Positions 36,881 through 45,406 of a DNA stretch of 59,175 nucleotides are shown here, piece by piece. The stretch lies in contig JAZNRT010000048.1 in the NCBI GenBank assembly GCA_045590875.1, forward strand, positions 1-59,175, read 5' to 3'. The notes under the pieces are model-generated. The model was not told the origin of the DNA, ran no database searches, and saw nothing but the letters and a program-made list of their open reading frames with translations. This DNA comes from Acutalibacteraceae bacterium. GTDB lineage: Bacteria > Bacillota > Clostridia > Oscillospirales > Acutalibacteraceae. Position 1 is the stretch's first letter. The number at the start of each line of letters is the position of its first letter. The translations under genes were made by a program, and so were the position numbers.

Positions 36881-37597
36881 ATGGCTGCAGACGAACTCTA
36901 TCGAGAGCCTGAAGCCAACGTTTACATAACAACCGAACCTACTGTAAAATTAAATAAGTTTTATCTTTTTATTAAAAGAGCCTTCGATTTGTGTGCGGCA
37001 TTGGTTGTAACCGCAATTCTTTTGTTGCCAATGGCTGTTATTTCCCTTATAATCTGCCTTGAATCTAAGGGAAAGCCGATCTATTCGCAAATTCGTATGG
37101 GTAGACACGGCAAGCCTTTTACCTTCTATAAATTCAGAAGCATGTATCTTGACGCACCTGTTTGTGCCACCCGCGATTTGGAGGATGCAAACCAATACAT
37201 AACTAAGGTTGGCGCTTTTTTAAGGATAACCAGCTTAGACGAATTGCCTCAGCTTATCAATATCATCAAGGGTGATATGAGCTTTATAGGCCCGCGACCT
37301 GTAATATTAGCAGAGACTGAGCTTATAAATAAGCGGCGCGCTTGCGGTGTTTACGATGTTCGCCCCGGTATCACGGGCTATGCTCAGGTAAACGGCAGAG
37401 ATTTTGTGAGTATCGACAGCAAGGTTGAATACGACAGTTTCTATGCCCACAATGCGTCGGTTTTGTTCGATGTAAAATTGTTTTTTAAAACTGTAAAATG
37501 TGTTTTGAAAAGCGACGGAATTCACGAGGGAACAATTGACGACTCTTCGAATGATATCACTAAAGAAGAAAAAGAAACCGTAGGCACAGGGCGATAA
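36881..37597 (+). CDS. polyprenyl-phosphate sugar-phosphate transferase (bacterial sugar transferase family, small monotopic type)
   Basis: FKRAFD...KFRSM...DELPQLINIIKGDMSFIGPRP signature. I chose the ATG at 36881; the track start at 36809 is TTG. The start is uncertain. Confidence 0.8.
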   Translation: MAADELYREPEANVYITTEPTVKLNKFYLFIKRAFDLCAALVVTAILLLPMAVISLIICLESKGKPIYSQIRMGRHGKPFTFYKFRSMYLDAPVCATRDLEDANQYITKVGAFLRITSLDELPQLINIIKGDMSFIGPRPVILAETELINKRRACGVYDVRPGITGYAQVNGRDFVSIDSKVEYDSFYAHNASVLFDVKLFFKTVKCVLKSDGIHEGTIDDSSNDITKEEKETVGTGR

Positions 37598-37640
37598 TTT
37601 GTGATATAGAGGTTTAATACATAAACGGAATTTTTAGCAA

Positions 37641-37671
37641 AGGGCTTCCTATTAGATAGGAGGCTCTTTTT
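37641..37671 (+). terminator. rho-independent terminator after the sugar transferase gene
   Basis: AGGGCTTCCTAT tag ATAGGAGGCTCT followed by TTTTTGTG. Confidence 0.6.
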
Positions 37672-37803
37672 GTGTTAAGATGAATATTAAAAAATATTTA
37701 GATGGTAACAGGAAAAACTTTACAAAAACCGTAGAGATTGTTATTAAAGTGTGATATAATAACTGTGTATATATGTTAATAAATAAATTATTGGAGGCAT
37801 AGT

Positions 37804-39072
37804 ATGAAGATTAAAACCGTAAAATCGGGTGTAACCTTAGGCTTTATAAAAAACAGCCGTTTTAAAGCGTCATTACTTACGGTAAGGTTTATTCTGCCAT
37901 TAAACAAATATGAAGTAACCGAAAATGCTATGGCGGCGGATATTATCTCGGAGTGTTCTTTGGATTATCCCACCCCCGAAGCCTTGCAGCTGGCACTTTC
38001 TAAGCTATACGGTGCCGACATTTACTGCAGTTTGGAAAAATCAGGGGATAATCAGGTTATATCCTTTTCCTTAAAATGCCTTGACGATAAATATGGAATC
38101 GATGGTGAAGAGTGCTTTCGCGAAGCTACCCATATTTTAAAGGGTATGCTTTTTTCTCCCGATTTAGAGGGCGGAGTTTTCAAAAAGGCTGCCGTGGATA
38201 GGGTGCGCCGCAGACAAATAGATATAATAAATTCTGAAATTAACGACAAGCGAGTATATGCTAAAAACCGATTGGAAGAGGCTATGTTTCAAGGTGAGGC
38301 ATATGGTGTGCCAAGGCTAGGATATGCCGAAAACGTAAAAAGTGCAACCCCGGAGCAGCTTATAAGCGCCTACAAACGCTTGATAGAAAGCTCAGAGGTA
38401 CGCATTACCTACGTTGGCTCGGAATTGCCACAGTATATAACCGATTTTGCAAAAAGCTTTCCCGATACCGTAAGGGAAAAGCCCGTTTCCTGCACCTATA
38501 CAGAGCCTAAAGAGGTGCGGGAGCTTCACGAAAAGCTTGATGTAACTCAGGGCAAGCTTGTGATGGGATTTAGAACCTCAGAAATTGGTAGCGACAGAGA
38601 CACCGTTTCCACCGCTGTGGCTGTGGATGTTTTTGGCGGAGGTCCATACTCAAAGCTGTTTTCAGAGGTTCGGGAAAAGCAGAGCCTTTGTTACTACTGC
38701 TCGGCAAGAGCCTTGCGCAAAAACGGCTTCATAACCGTTGAATCTGGGGTTGAAGATGCAAATGCCCAAAAGGCTAAGCAGGAAATCCTAGCGCAACTAG
38801 AAGCAATAAAGCAGGGCGATTTCTCGGAAGAACTGATTGAAGCCTCAAAGCGCAGTATTTGTGACAGCCTGAATTCCGTAGAGGATTCTATTGGCTCTAT
38901 TGATTTTTGGTACGGTGCGCGTTTGGGCGAAGAAAAGCCCTTGTCACCCAAAGAATTTGCTCAGCTTGTTAATTCGGTAACCCGCGAACAAATTATATCC
39001 TCTGCCAAAAAAATCAAGGCAGATACATTTTATTTTCTAGAAAGCCAAAAGGCAGGTGACGGGAATGATTAA
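37804..39072 (+). CDS. M16-family peptidase-like protein lacking the HxxEH motif (probable non-catalytic partner)
   Basis: Insulinase-fold length and architecture, but no HxxEH in the N-terminal domain. Overlaps the next M16 gene. Confidence 0.75.
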   Translation: MKIKTVKSGVTLGFIKNSRFKASLLTVRFILPLNKYEVTENAMAADIISECSLDYPTPEALQLALSKLYGADIYCSLEKSGDNQVISFSLKCLDDKYGIDGEECFREATHILKGMLFSPDLEGGVFKKAAVDRVRRRQIDIINSEINDKRVYAKNRLEEAMFQGEAYGVPRLGYAENVKSATPEQLISAYKRLIESSEVRITYVGSELPQYITDFAKSFPDTVREKPVSCTYTEPKEVRELHEKLDVTQGKLVMGFRTSEIGSDRDTVSTAVAVDVFGGGPYSKLFSEVREKQSLCYYCSARALRKNGFITVESGVEDANAQKAKQEILAQLEAIKQGDFSEELIEASKRSICDSLNSVEDSIGSIDFWYGARLGEEKPLSPKEFAQLVNSVTREQIISSAKKIKADTFYFLESQKAGDGND

Positions 39073-40339
39073 AAAAAGAATCACCTCAAAGGTTACGGGA
39101 GATTCCTATTTACTGTGTGAACACCCATCAGGGCTAAAAATATATCTTATGAGGAAAGAGGGCTTTTCTTCATCCCACGCGATTTTCGGTACAGCCTACG
39201 GCTCTGTTGACACCGTCTTTTCCCGCGATGGCGGTGAAATGCTTTGCGTGCCGGAGGGCATTGCCCACTTTTTGGAGCACAAGCTTTTTGAATCCGAAGA
39301 GCTTGATGCCTTCCAGCAGTTTGCAAAAACAGGTGCCTACGCCAATGCATACACAAGCTTCGACCGCACCTGCTATCTCTTCGGTTGTTCTTCAAATTTA
39401 AAGAAAAACCTTGAAATACTTCTGAACTTTGTGCAGTCACCCTATTTCACCAAGGAAACGGTGGATAAGGAGCAGGGCATAATTGGTCAGGAAATCGAGA
39501 TGTATCTTGATAGTCCCGACTGGCGAATAATGTTCAATCTGTTTTCTGCGCTTTATCATAATAACCCCGTTAGAATAGATATTGCAGGCACACGGAAATC
39601 TATTGCAGAGATAGACCATAACCTTTTATACGAATGCTATAACACCTTCTATAATCTTTCCAATATGTTCATATGTGTTGTGGGAGATTTCGATGAAGAG
39701 GATATTTTAGAGCTGATAGACCGCAATCTTAAACCTCAAAAAAGCACACGCTTCGAAAGGGGAGTTATTGCCGAACCGAGTGAAGTAAAGCAGCATTATA
39801 TTGAGCAGTCTTTAACCGTTTCAAAACCTATGTTTATGCTGGGATTTCGGGATAATTTTGGTACAGGATATCCCACACTTCGCCGCAGAAAGGCTATGGA
39901 GATGTTTTTGGAAACCGTGGCAGGCAAGGCTTCCCCCCTTTATCACGAGCTTGTTGAATCAGGGGACATAAGCACCGATTTTGAATTTGAATATTTTTAC
40001 ACAAGAAATGCCGCCACGGTAATTTTTGCAGGAGAATCTGAGAATTACAGTTCGGTTTGCGAAAAAATATTCCGTGAAATAGAGCGGGTAAAAAGAGAGG
40101 GCCTTTCACCAGAGCTTTTTGCCGCCACCAAAAAAGCCGCATACGGAGCAGGGCTTATGTGCTTCGATAACGTAAGAAGCATTGCCTCACTGTTTGTAGA
40201 GAGCTTTATTACAGGCAACGACATTTTCGATACTGCTGAGGTTTTAAGCGAGATTACTTTGGAAGAGGCGGCAGCCTGTGCCGAGCTTTTCACAGAAGAA
40301 AACCACGCACTGTCGGTAATTAAAAATAAGGAAGGGTGA
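39065..40339 (+). CDS. M16-family zinc metallopeptidase
   Basis: HFLEH zinc-binding motif (GIAHFLEHKLFE). The ATG at 39065 follows AGGTGA. Confidence 0.85.
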   Translation: MIKKRITSKVTGDSYLLCEHPSGLKIYLMRKEGFSSSHAIFGTAYGSVDTVFSRDGGEMLCVPEGIAHFLEHKLFESEELDAFQQFAKTGAYANAYTSFDRTCYLFGCSSNLKKNLEILLNFVQSPYFTKETVDKEQGIIGQEIEMYLDSPDWRIMFNLFSALYHNNPVRIDIAGTRKSIAEIDHNLLYECYNTFYNLSNMFICVVGDFDEEDILELIDRNLKPQKSTRFERGVIAEPSEVKQHYIEQSLTVSKPMFMLGFRDNFGTGYPTLRRRKAMEMFLETVAGKASPLYHELVESGDISTDFEFEYFYTRNAATVIFAGESENYSSVCEKIFREIERVKREGLSPELFAATKKAAYGAGLMCFDNVRSIASLFVESFITGNDIFDTAEVLSEITLEEAAACAELFTEENHALSVIKNKEG

Positions 40340-40344
40340 TTATT

Positions 40345-41316
40345 ATGGTCAGTAACACCGTAACATTTTTTGGTTTTACATTTAATTTAAATCCTGTTGC
40401 ATTTACCCTGCCAATCGGAGAAGGCTGGAATGTATATTGGTATGGCATAATGATAGCACTGGGCTTTCTGTTGGCATTTATTTACGGATTGAAGCGCTCT
40501 CAAAAACTGGGTATCAATTCCGACCGCCTTTTAGACGGCGTGCTCATTACTACACCTATTGCAATTATTTGTGCCCGCGCCTACTATCTTTTGTTTTACA
40601 GCCCGCAAAATTTCTTTAAAGACTTTATAAATATTCACGACGGCGGTCTTGCAATTTACGGAGGAATAATCGGCGCGTTTATAGGAATAGTAATCTCATG
40701 CAAAACAAGGAAAATTAACTTTTTAGACTGCCTTGATTTAGTGGCACCCTGCTTCTTTATAGGTCAGGCAATAGGCCGTTGGGGCAATTTCTTTAACCAA
40801 GAGGCATTCGGCACAAACACCACCCTGCCTTGGGGAATGTATTCTGAAGGCTACAGCGGTACATACGAGCATATCGCTTTTATGAATGATTCCGCTCTGG
40901 ACCCTAATTTGCCTGTACACCCTTGCTTTTTATATGAATCACTTCTTTGTATTGTAGGATTCATTATACTTCACATTGTTTCTAAAAACCGCAAATTCCG
41001 CAGTCAGTTAATACTGCTTTATGGCATAATCTACGGCACGGGCAGATTCTTTATTGAGGGAATCAGAACAGACAGCCTTATGATAGGCTCCCTCAGGGTT
41101 TCGCAGGTGCTTTCGGCTGTTATAGTGGTGGCTTGTGTTATAACATATGTGGTGCTGCGAAGTCGTACTAAGGAAAAGGACGAGCGTGAAAGCGGCTACA
41201 CACCCATGTTTGAGGGTGATAAATACGATAATCTCACCTTGAGTTTAGAGGATGTAGAGAATGAGCCGATAGACGGTGAGAATCCCCAACCCCAAGAAAA
41301 CGAAACGGAGAGCTGA
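40345..41316 (+). CDS. lgt: prolipoprotein diacylglyceryl transferase (paralogue 2) with an acidic C-terminal tail
   Basis: Canonical GRWGNFFNQEAFG motif, polytopic. About 45-aa Glu/Asp-rich C-terminus. The ATG at 40345 follows AAGGAAGGGTGA. Confidence 0.88.
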   Translation: MVSNTVTFFGFTFNLNPVAFTLPIGEGWNVYWYGIMIALGFLLAFIYGLKRSQKLGINSDRLLDGVLITTPIAIICARAYYLLFYSPQNFFKDFINIHDGGLAIYGGIIGAFIGIVISCKTRKINFLDCLDLVAPCFFIGQAIGRWGNFFNQEAFGTNTTLPWGMYSEGYSGTYEHIAFMNDSALDPNLPVHPCFLYESLLCIVGFIILHIVSKNRKFRSQLILLYGIIYGTGRFFIEGIRTDSLMIGSLRVSQVLSAVIVVACVITYVVLRSRTKEKDERESGYTPMFEGDKYDNLTLSLEDVENEPIDGENPQPQENETES

Positions 41317-41321
41317 TTATA

Positions 41322-42173
41322 ATGTATAAATTGATAGACGGAAAGGCAATATCCACAGCCCTTAAAGCACGAATTGCAAACGAGGTTGAAGAGCTAAAAA
41401 AACAAGGTGTGGTACCTGGGCTTGCGGTTATAATCGTGGGTGCGGACCCCGCCTCTCAGGTTTATGTAAGAAATAAGGAGCTTGCCTGCGCCGCTTGCGG
41501 TATGTACAGCGAGAAAATAGAACTTCCCGAAAGTACAACCGAGGAGGAGCTTATCGGTCTTGTGAAGAAGCTTAATTCAAGAAAGGAAATTAACGGAATA
41601 CTCTGTCAGCTTCCTCTTCCTCGCCATATAAATGAGGAAGCGGTTATTGATGCAATCGACCCCGCAAAGGATGTAGATGCATTTCACCCTCAAAATGTTG
41701 GCAGAATTATGATAGGCGACTTTGATTTTCTGCCCTGTACACCTGCGGGAATTATGGAGATGCTGAGATATGAAAATATAGAAACAGAGGGCAAAAACTG
41801 TGTGGTAATCGGTCGTTCCAACATTGTGGGCAAGCCTATGGCTATGCTTATGCTCCACAAAAATGCCACCGTTACCATCTGCCACAGCAGAACTCAGAAT
41901 TTAAAGGAAATCTGTAAAATTGCGGATATTCTTATTGCCGCAGTGGGTAAAGCGGATTTTATTACCGCCGATATGGTGAAAGAAGGTGCCGTTGTAATTG
42001 ATGTAGGTATGAACCGAAAGGACGGTAAGCTCTGCGGTGACGTTGCCTTCGAGGAAGTAAAGGAAAAAACCTCGGCAATAACCCCTGTACCTGGTGGAGT
42101 TGGACCTATGACAATAGCAACCCTTATGCAAAATACCCTTACTGCGGCAAAGCGCCACAATAATATCGGTTAA
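41322..42173 (+). CDS. folD: bifunctional 5,10-methylene-THF dehydrogenase / methenyl-THF cyclohydrolase
   Basis: 283 aa with FolD-typical motifs: PGLAVI.VG.DPAS..YV..K, LPLP.HI, GRS.IVGKP, TPVPGGVGPMT. Confidence 0.93.
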   Translation: MYKLIDGKAISTALKARIANEVEELKKQGVVPGLAVIIVGADPASQVYVRNKELACAACGMYSEKIELPESTTEEELIGLVKKLNSRKEINGILCQLPLPRHINEEAVIDAIDPAKDVDAFHPQNVGRIMIGDFDFLPCTPAGIMEMLRYENIETEGKNCVVIGRSNIVGKPMAMLMLHKNATVTICHSRTQNLKEICKIADILIAAVGKADFITADMVKEGAVVIDVGMNRKDGKLCGDVAFEEVKEKTSAITPVPGGVGPMTIATLMQNTLTAAKRHNNIG

Positions 42174-42186
42174 GGGTGGGTGTAGA

Positions 42187-42963
42187 ATGAAGCTTAAAGG
42201 TAAAATAATCCCTGTGCTTATTTTCGCTGCTGCACTGCTTTTTGCGGGAATACTAATTCTATACTCTACCAAAACTGCACCTAGCACAGTTTCGGTTAAA
42301 TACCCCGATGGGTATACCGTTATAACTGCAGATAATGCAGAAAGCAACGAGGAATATATCGAAAAGCTGGGCTACGGTGTAGCCTCCTTTAAAAAATATT
42401 TAGAGAAAAAGTATATAGTTTCCTTTGCAGGTAATAAGGATAATAGCAGTCAGTTCAGGCTTATTTCAAGAAAAACCGAATTTACCGCACAGCTGGGGGA
42501 TATTTCGGGAGCCACAGATTCGGAGCTGAAAACTGTGGCTAGCGAGCTTCTTCCAAATGGCTATGACTATATATACCGAATTGGCAATCTTGTGTTTTTC
42601 GAAATAGACACGGTCGTTAAAAGTGAAGAGGGCGGCTACAACTCAATTCAATTTATAACAGTTAAAAACGGCAGTTATTATTCTCTTGTTTTTTACGGCT
42701 CTGATTTAGAGATAACCGATAACCAACGCGCCCTTGCGGAGGATACCTTAAAAACTATGAAAATTCCCGAATCAGGCGGTGTTATGGGGGCGGACAAGGG
42801 TAACGGAATTAAAAGAATCGTTTACCTAACCATTATTACATTGGTAATTGTGGCGGGTGTTGTGCTGATTGTACTGCACACAATTTCCCTTATAAGGGAT
42901 ATAAGGGGCAGAAAAAAGCGCAGTGATTATGCCGATTTTGTAATAAAAAGAAGAAAAAAATAG
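42187..42963 (+). CDS. hypothetical bitopic membrane protein (TM helices at both the N- and C-termini)
   Basis: Good RBS (GGGTGGGTG). TM helices at both ends, basic C-terminal tail. No family recognised. Confidence 0.5.
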   Translation: MKLKGKIIPVLIFAAALLFAGILILYSTKTAPSTVSVKYPDGYTVITADNAESNEEYIEKLGYGVASFKKYLEKKYIVSFAGNKDNSSQFRLISRKTEFTAQLGDISGATDSELKTVASELLPNGYDYIYRIGNLVFFEIDTVVKSEEGGYNSIQFITVKNGSYYSLVFYGSDLEITDNQRALAEDTLKTMKIPESGGVMGADKGNGIKRIVYLTIITLVIVAGVVLIVLHTISLIRDIRGRKKRSDYADFVIKRRKK

Positions 42964-43096
42964 CATATAAAAATTTTTATTAGTTGCTTTTATTATTGCA
43001 TATAACAGTAAATACTAATTATAGATTACCTGTAAAAATTTTGCAGAGTTTTCACAATAAAACGGAGGTTCGGCAAAATTATTGCCAAAGTGAAGT

Positions 43097-44395
43097 ATGA
43101 GTAAAACTGTTTATATGTGTGTATCTGCCGATATGATTCACAGCGGTCATATTGCAGTTATAAAAAAAGCATCGACATTAGGTGAATTAACTATAGGGAT
43201 ACTGTCCGACGAGGCAGTGGCAAGCTATAGGCGTTTTCCCATTATGCCTTTTGAAGAGCGCCGAGCACTTTTTGAAAGCATCGAAGGTGTGAAGAACACC
43301 GTTGAGCAAAAAACCTTAAGCTATAAGGATATTCTTAATGAATTAAAGCCCGATTATGTTGTTCACGGTGACGATTGGAAGGAGGGCTTTCAAAAGCCTG
43401 TGCGCCAAGAGGTTTTGGAGATACTCGCCCTCTATGGTGGAGAGTTGGTAGAATTCCCTTATTCAAAGGATGATAAATATAAGGCTTTGGACCGAGCAGG
43501 CAAAGAACATTTATCAATTCCCGACATCCGTAGAGGCAGGCTCAGGAAACTACTTTCTATGAAGCCCACCTTAAGCATAATCGAAGCCCATAGCGGCATC
43601 ACCGGTCTTATTGCCGAAAAAACCACAGTATATCAAGAGGGTAAGGCATATCAGTTTGATGGTATGTGGGTTTCCTCTCTCTGTGATTCTACCGCCAAGG
43701 GCAAGCCTGATATTGAGCTTGTGGATATGTCTTCAAGGATGCGAACAATAGATGATATTATGGAGGTTACCACCAAGCCCATTATTTTAGACGGCGACAC
43801 GGGCGGTCTCACCGAGCACTTTGTTTACACCGTGAAAACCCTTGAGAGAATGGGAGTTTCAGCGGTTATTATTGAGGATAAAACAGGGCTTAAGAAGAAT
43901 TCTCTGTTTGGCACAGAGGTAGAGCAAACTCAGGATTCCATAGAAAGCTTTTCGGCTAAAATTGCCGCAGGCAAAAAGGCGCAGAAAACTAAGGAATTTA
44001 TGATAATTGCCCGAATTGAAAGCCTTATTTTGGAACGGGGTATGGACGATGCGCTGAAGCGCGCCTTTGCCTTTGTAGAGGCGGGGGCAGATGGAATTAT
44101 GATTCATTCCAGAAAGAAAAGTCCGGATGAGATATTTGAGTTTGTAGAGAAGTTCAGAAGTGCCGATTCGGCAACCCCGATTGTGGTTGTGCCCACATCA
44201 TTTAATACAGTTACCGAAGAGGAATTTGCCAAGCGTGGGGTAAATATAGTTATATATGCTAATCAGCTTACCCGCAGTGGCTTCCCTGCAATGCAAAAAG
44301 CGGCAACCGAAATCCTGAAAAATCATAGGGCTAAGGAAGCCGACGATATGTGTATGTCGATAAAGGAAATACTGAACCTTATTCCTGAGGAATAA
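43097..44395 (+). CDS. aepX: cytidylyltransferase-like domain fused to phosphoenolpyruvate mutase
   Basis: N-terminal HxGH nucleotidyltransferase motif (MIHSGHI). The C-terminal ICL/PEPM-fold domain has DGDTGG and IEDKTGLKKNS; the spacing matches PepM residues E114, K120, N122 and S123. Confidence 0.75.
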   Translation: MSKTVYMCVSADMIHSGHIAVIKKASTLGELTIGILSDEAVASYRRFPIMPFEERRALFESIEGVKNTVEQKTLSYKDILNELKPDYVVHGDDWKEGFQKPVRQEVLEILALYGGELVEFPYSKDDKYKALDRAGKEHLSIPDIRRGRLRKLLSMKPTLSIIEAHSGITGLIAEKTTVYQEGKAYQFDGMWVSSLCDSTAKGKPDIELVDMSSRMRTIDDIMEVTTKPIILDGDTGGLTEHFVYTVKTLERMGVSAVIIEDKTGLKKNSLFGTEVEQTQDSIESFSAKIAAGKKAQKTKEFMIIARIESLILERGMDDALKRAFAFVEAGADGIMIHSRKKSPDEIFEFVEKFRSADSATPIVVVPTSFNTVTEEEFAKRGVNIVIYANQLTRSGFPAMQKAATEILKNHRAKEADDMCMSIKEILNLIPEE

Positions 44396-44434
44396 CAATT
44401 TAGCTCGAAGTAAAGTTAATCAGAGGAAATAAAA

Positions 44435-45373
44435 ATGAATTTACCCGAAAATATCACAGCCTTGTTAGAAGACCTTGCCGAAAGGGAGGGTGTAGTTCGT
44501 CTTAAATCCGCTTATGAAGGATTGAGCTTGCGTTATAGGGGAAGTGGACGAACGGGTGCTAGCATGCTGAACACACAAACAGAGGCGGTGGCTTATGCCA
44601 TTGCCCGAATGCCTGCAACCTACAGTGCTGTTTATACAGCACTAAAATACATAAATGAGGTATTTGATTTAAAAGGCATCGCTTCCCTTTGCGATGCAGG
44701 TGCGGGAACAGGTGCCGCCACCTTGGCTGTACAGCAGTATACGGACACACTGCAAAAAACCTGTATAGAGCGGGAGTCTGTAATGCGGGCATTGGGTTCA
44801 GAATTTGTGAATGCCTTGTGGCTGGCGGCTGATATAAGTGAGGTTAAAAAACACACAGCGGATATGGTTATAGCCTCATATGTTTTAAATGAATTGGCAC
44901 CAAGCAGTCGGTTGGACACCGTAAAGGAAATGTGGCAAGCATCAAAAAAGATGTTGGTTATCATAGAAAATGGCACCCCTGAGGGCGCCGCTGTAATAGG
45001 CGCAATACGAAATTGGGCATACGACATCGGCGCACATATTATAGCGCCCTGCCCAAATTCCAATGCTTGCCCTATAAAGGGTGAGGATTGGTGCCACTTT
45101 ACCTGCAGGGTACAACGAAGCAAAATCCACAAGCTTTTAAAGGGTGGAGATGCCCCTTATGAAGACGAAAAGTTTTCCTACATAGCACTGTGCAAAGAGC
45201 CTGTAGAGCAGGTATCGGCGCGTATTCTTCGCCACCCTAAAATAGAAAGCGGAAAGATTACACTGACCCTTTGCACCCAAAACGGAGTTAAAACAGCAAT
45301 CAAAACCAAAAAGGAAAAAGAAGCTTTTAAAGCCGCCCGAAAAGCCTCGGCGGGAGAAAGCTTTAGTTACTAA
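44435..45373 (+). CDS. Rsm22-family SAM-dependent methyltransferase
   Basis: ARMPATYSAV, SAM-binding motif LCDAGAGTG, C-terminal Cys cluster CPNSNACP...CHFTC. Confidence 0.7.
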   Translation: MNLPENITALLEDLAEREGVVRLKSAYEGLSLRYRGSGRTGASMLNTQTEAVAYAIARMPATYSAVYTALKYINEVFDLKGIASLCDAGAGTGAATLAVQQYTDTLQKTCIERESVMRALGSEFVNALWLAADISEVKKHTADMVIASYVLNELAPSSRLDTVKEMWQASKKMLVIIENGTPEGAAVIGAIRNWAYDIGAHIIAPCPNSNACPIKGEDWCHFTCRVQRSKIHKLLKGGDAPYEDEKFSYIALCKEPVEQVSARILRHPKIESGKITLTLCTQNGVKTAIKTKKEKEAFKAARKASAGESFSY

Positions 45374-45406
45374 AAACAGTATATAAGAAAAAAGGAGGGG
45401 AAATAA

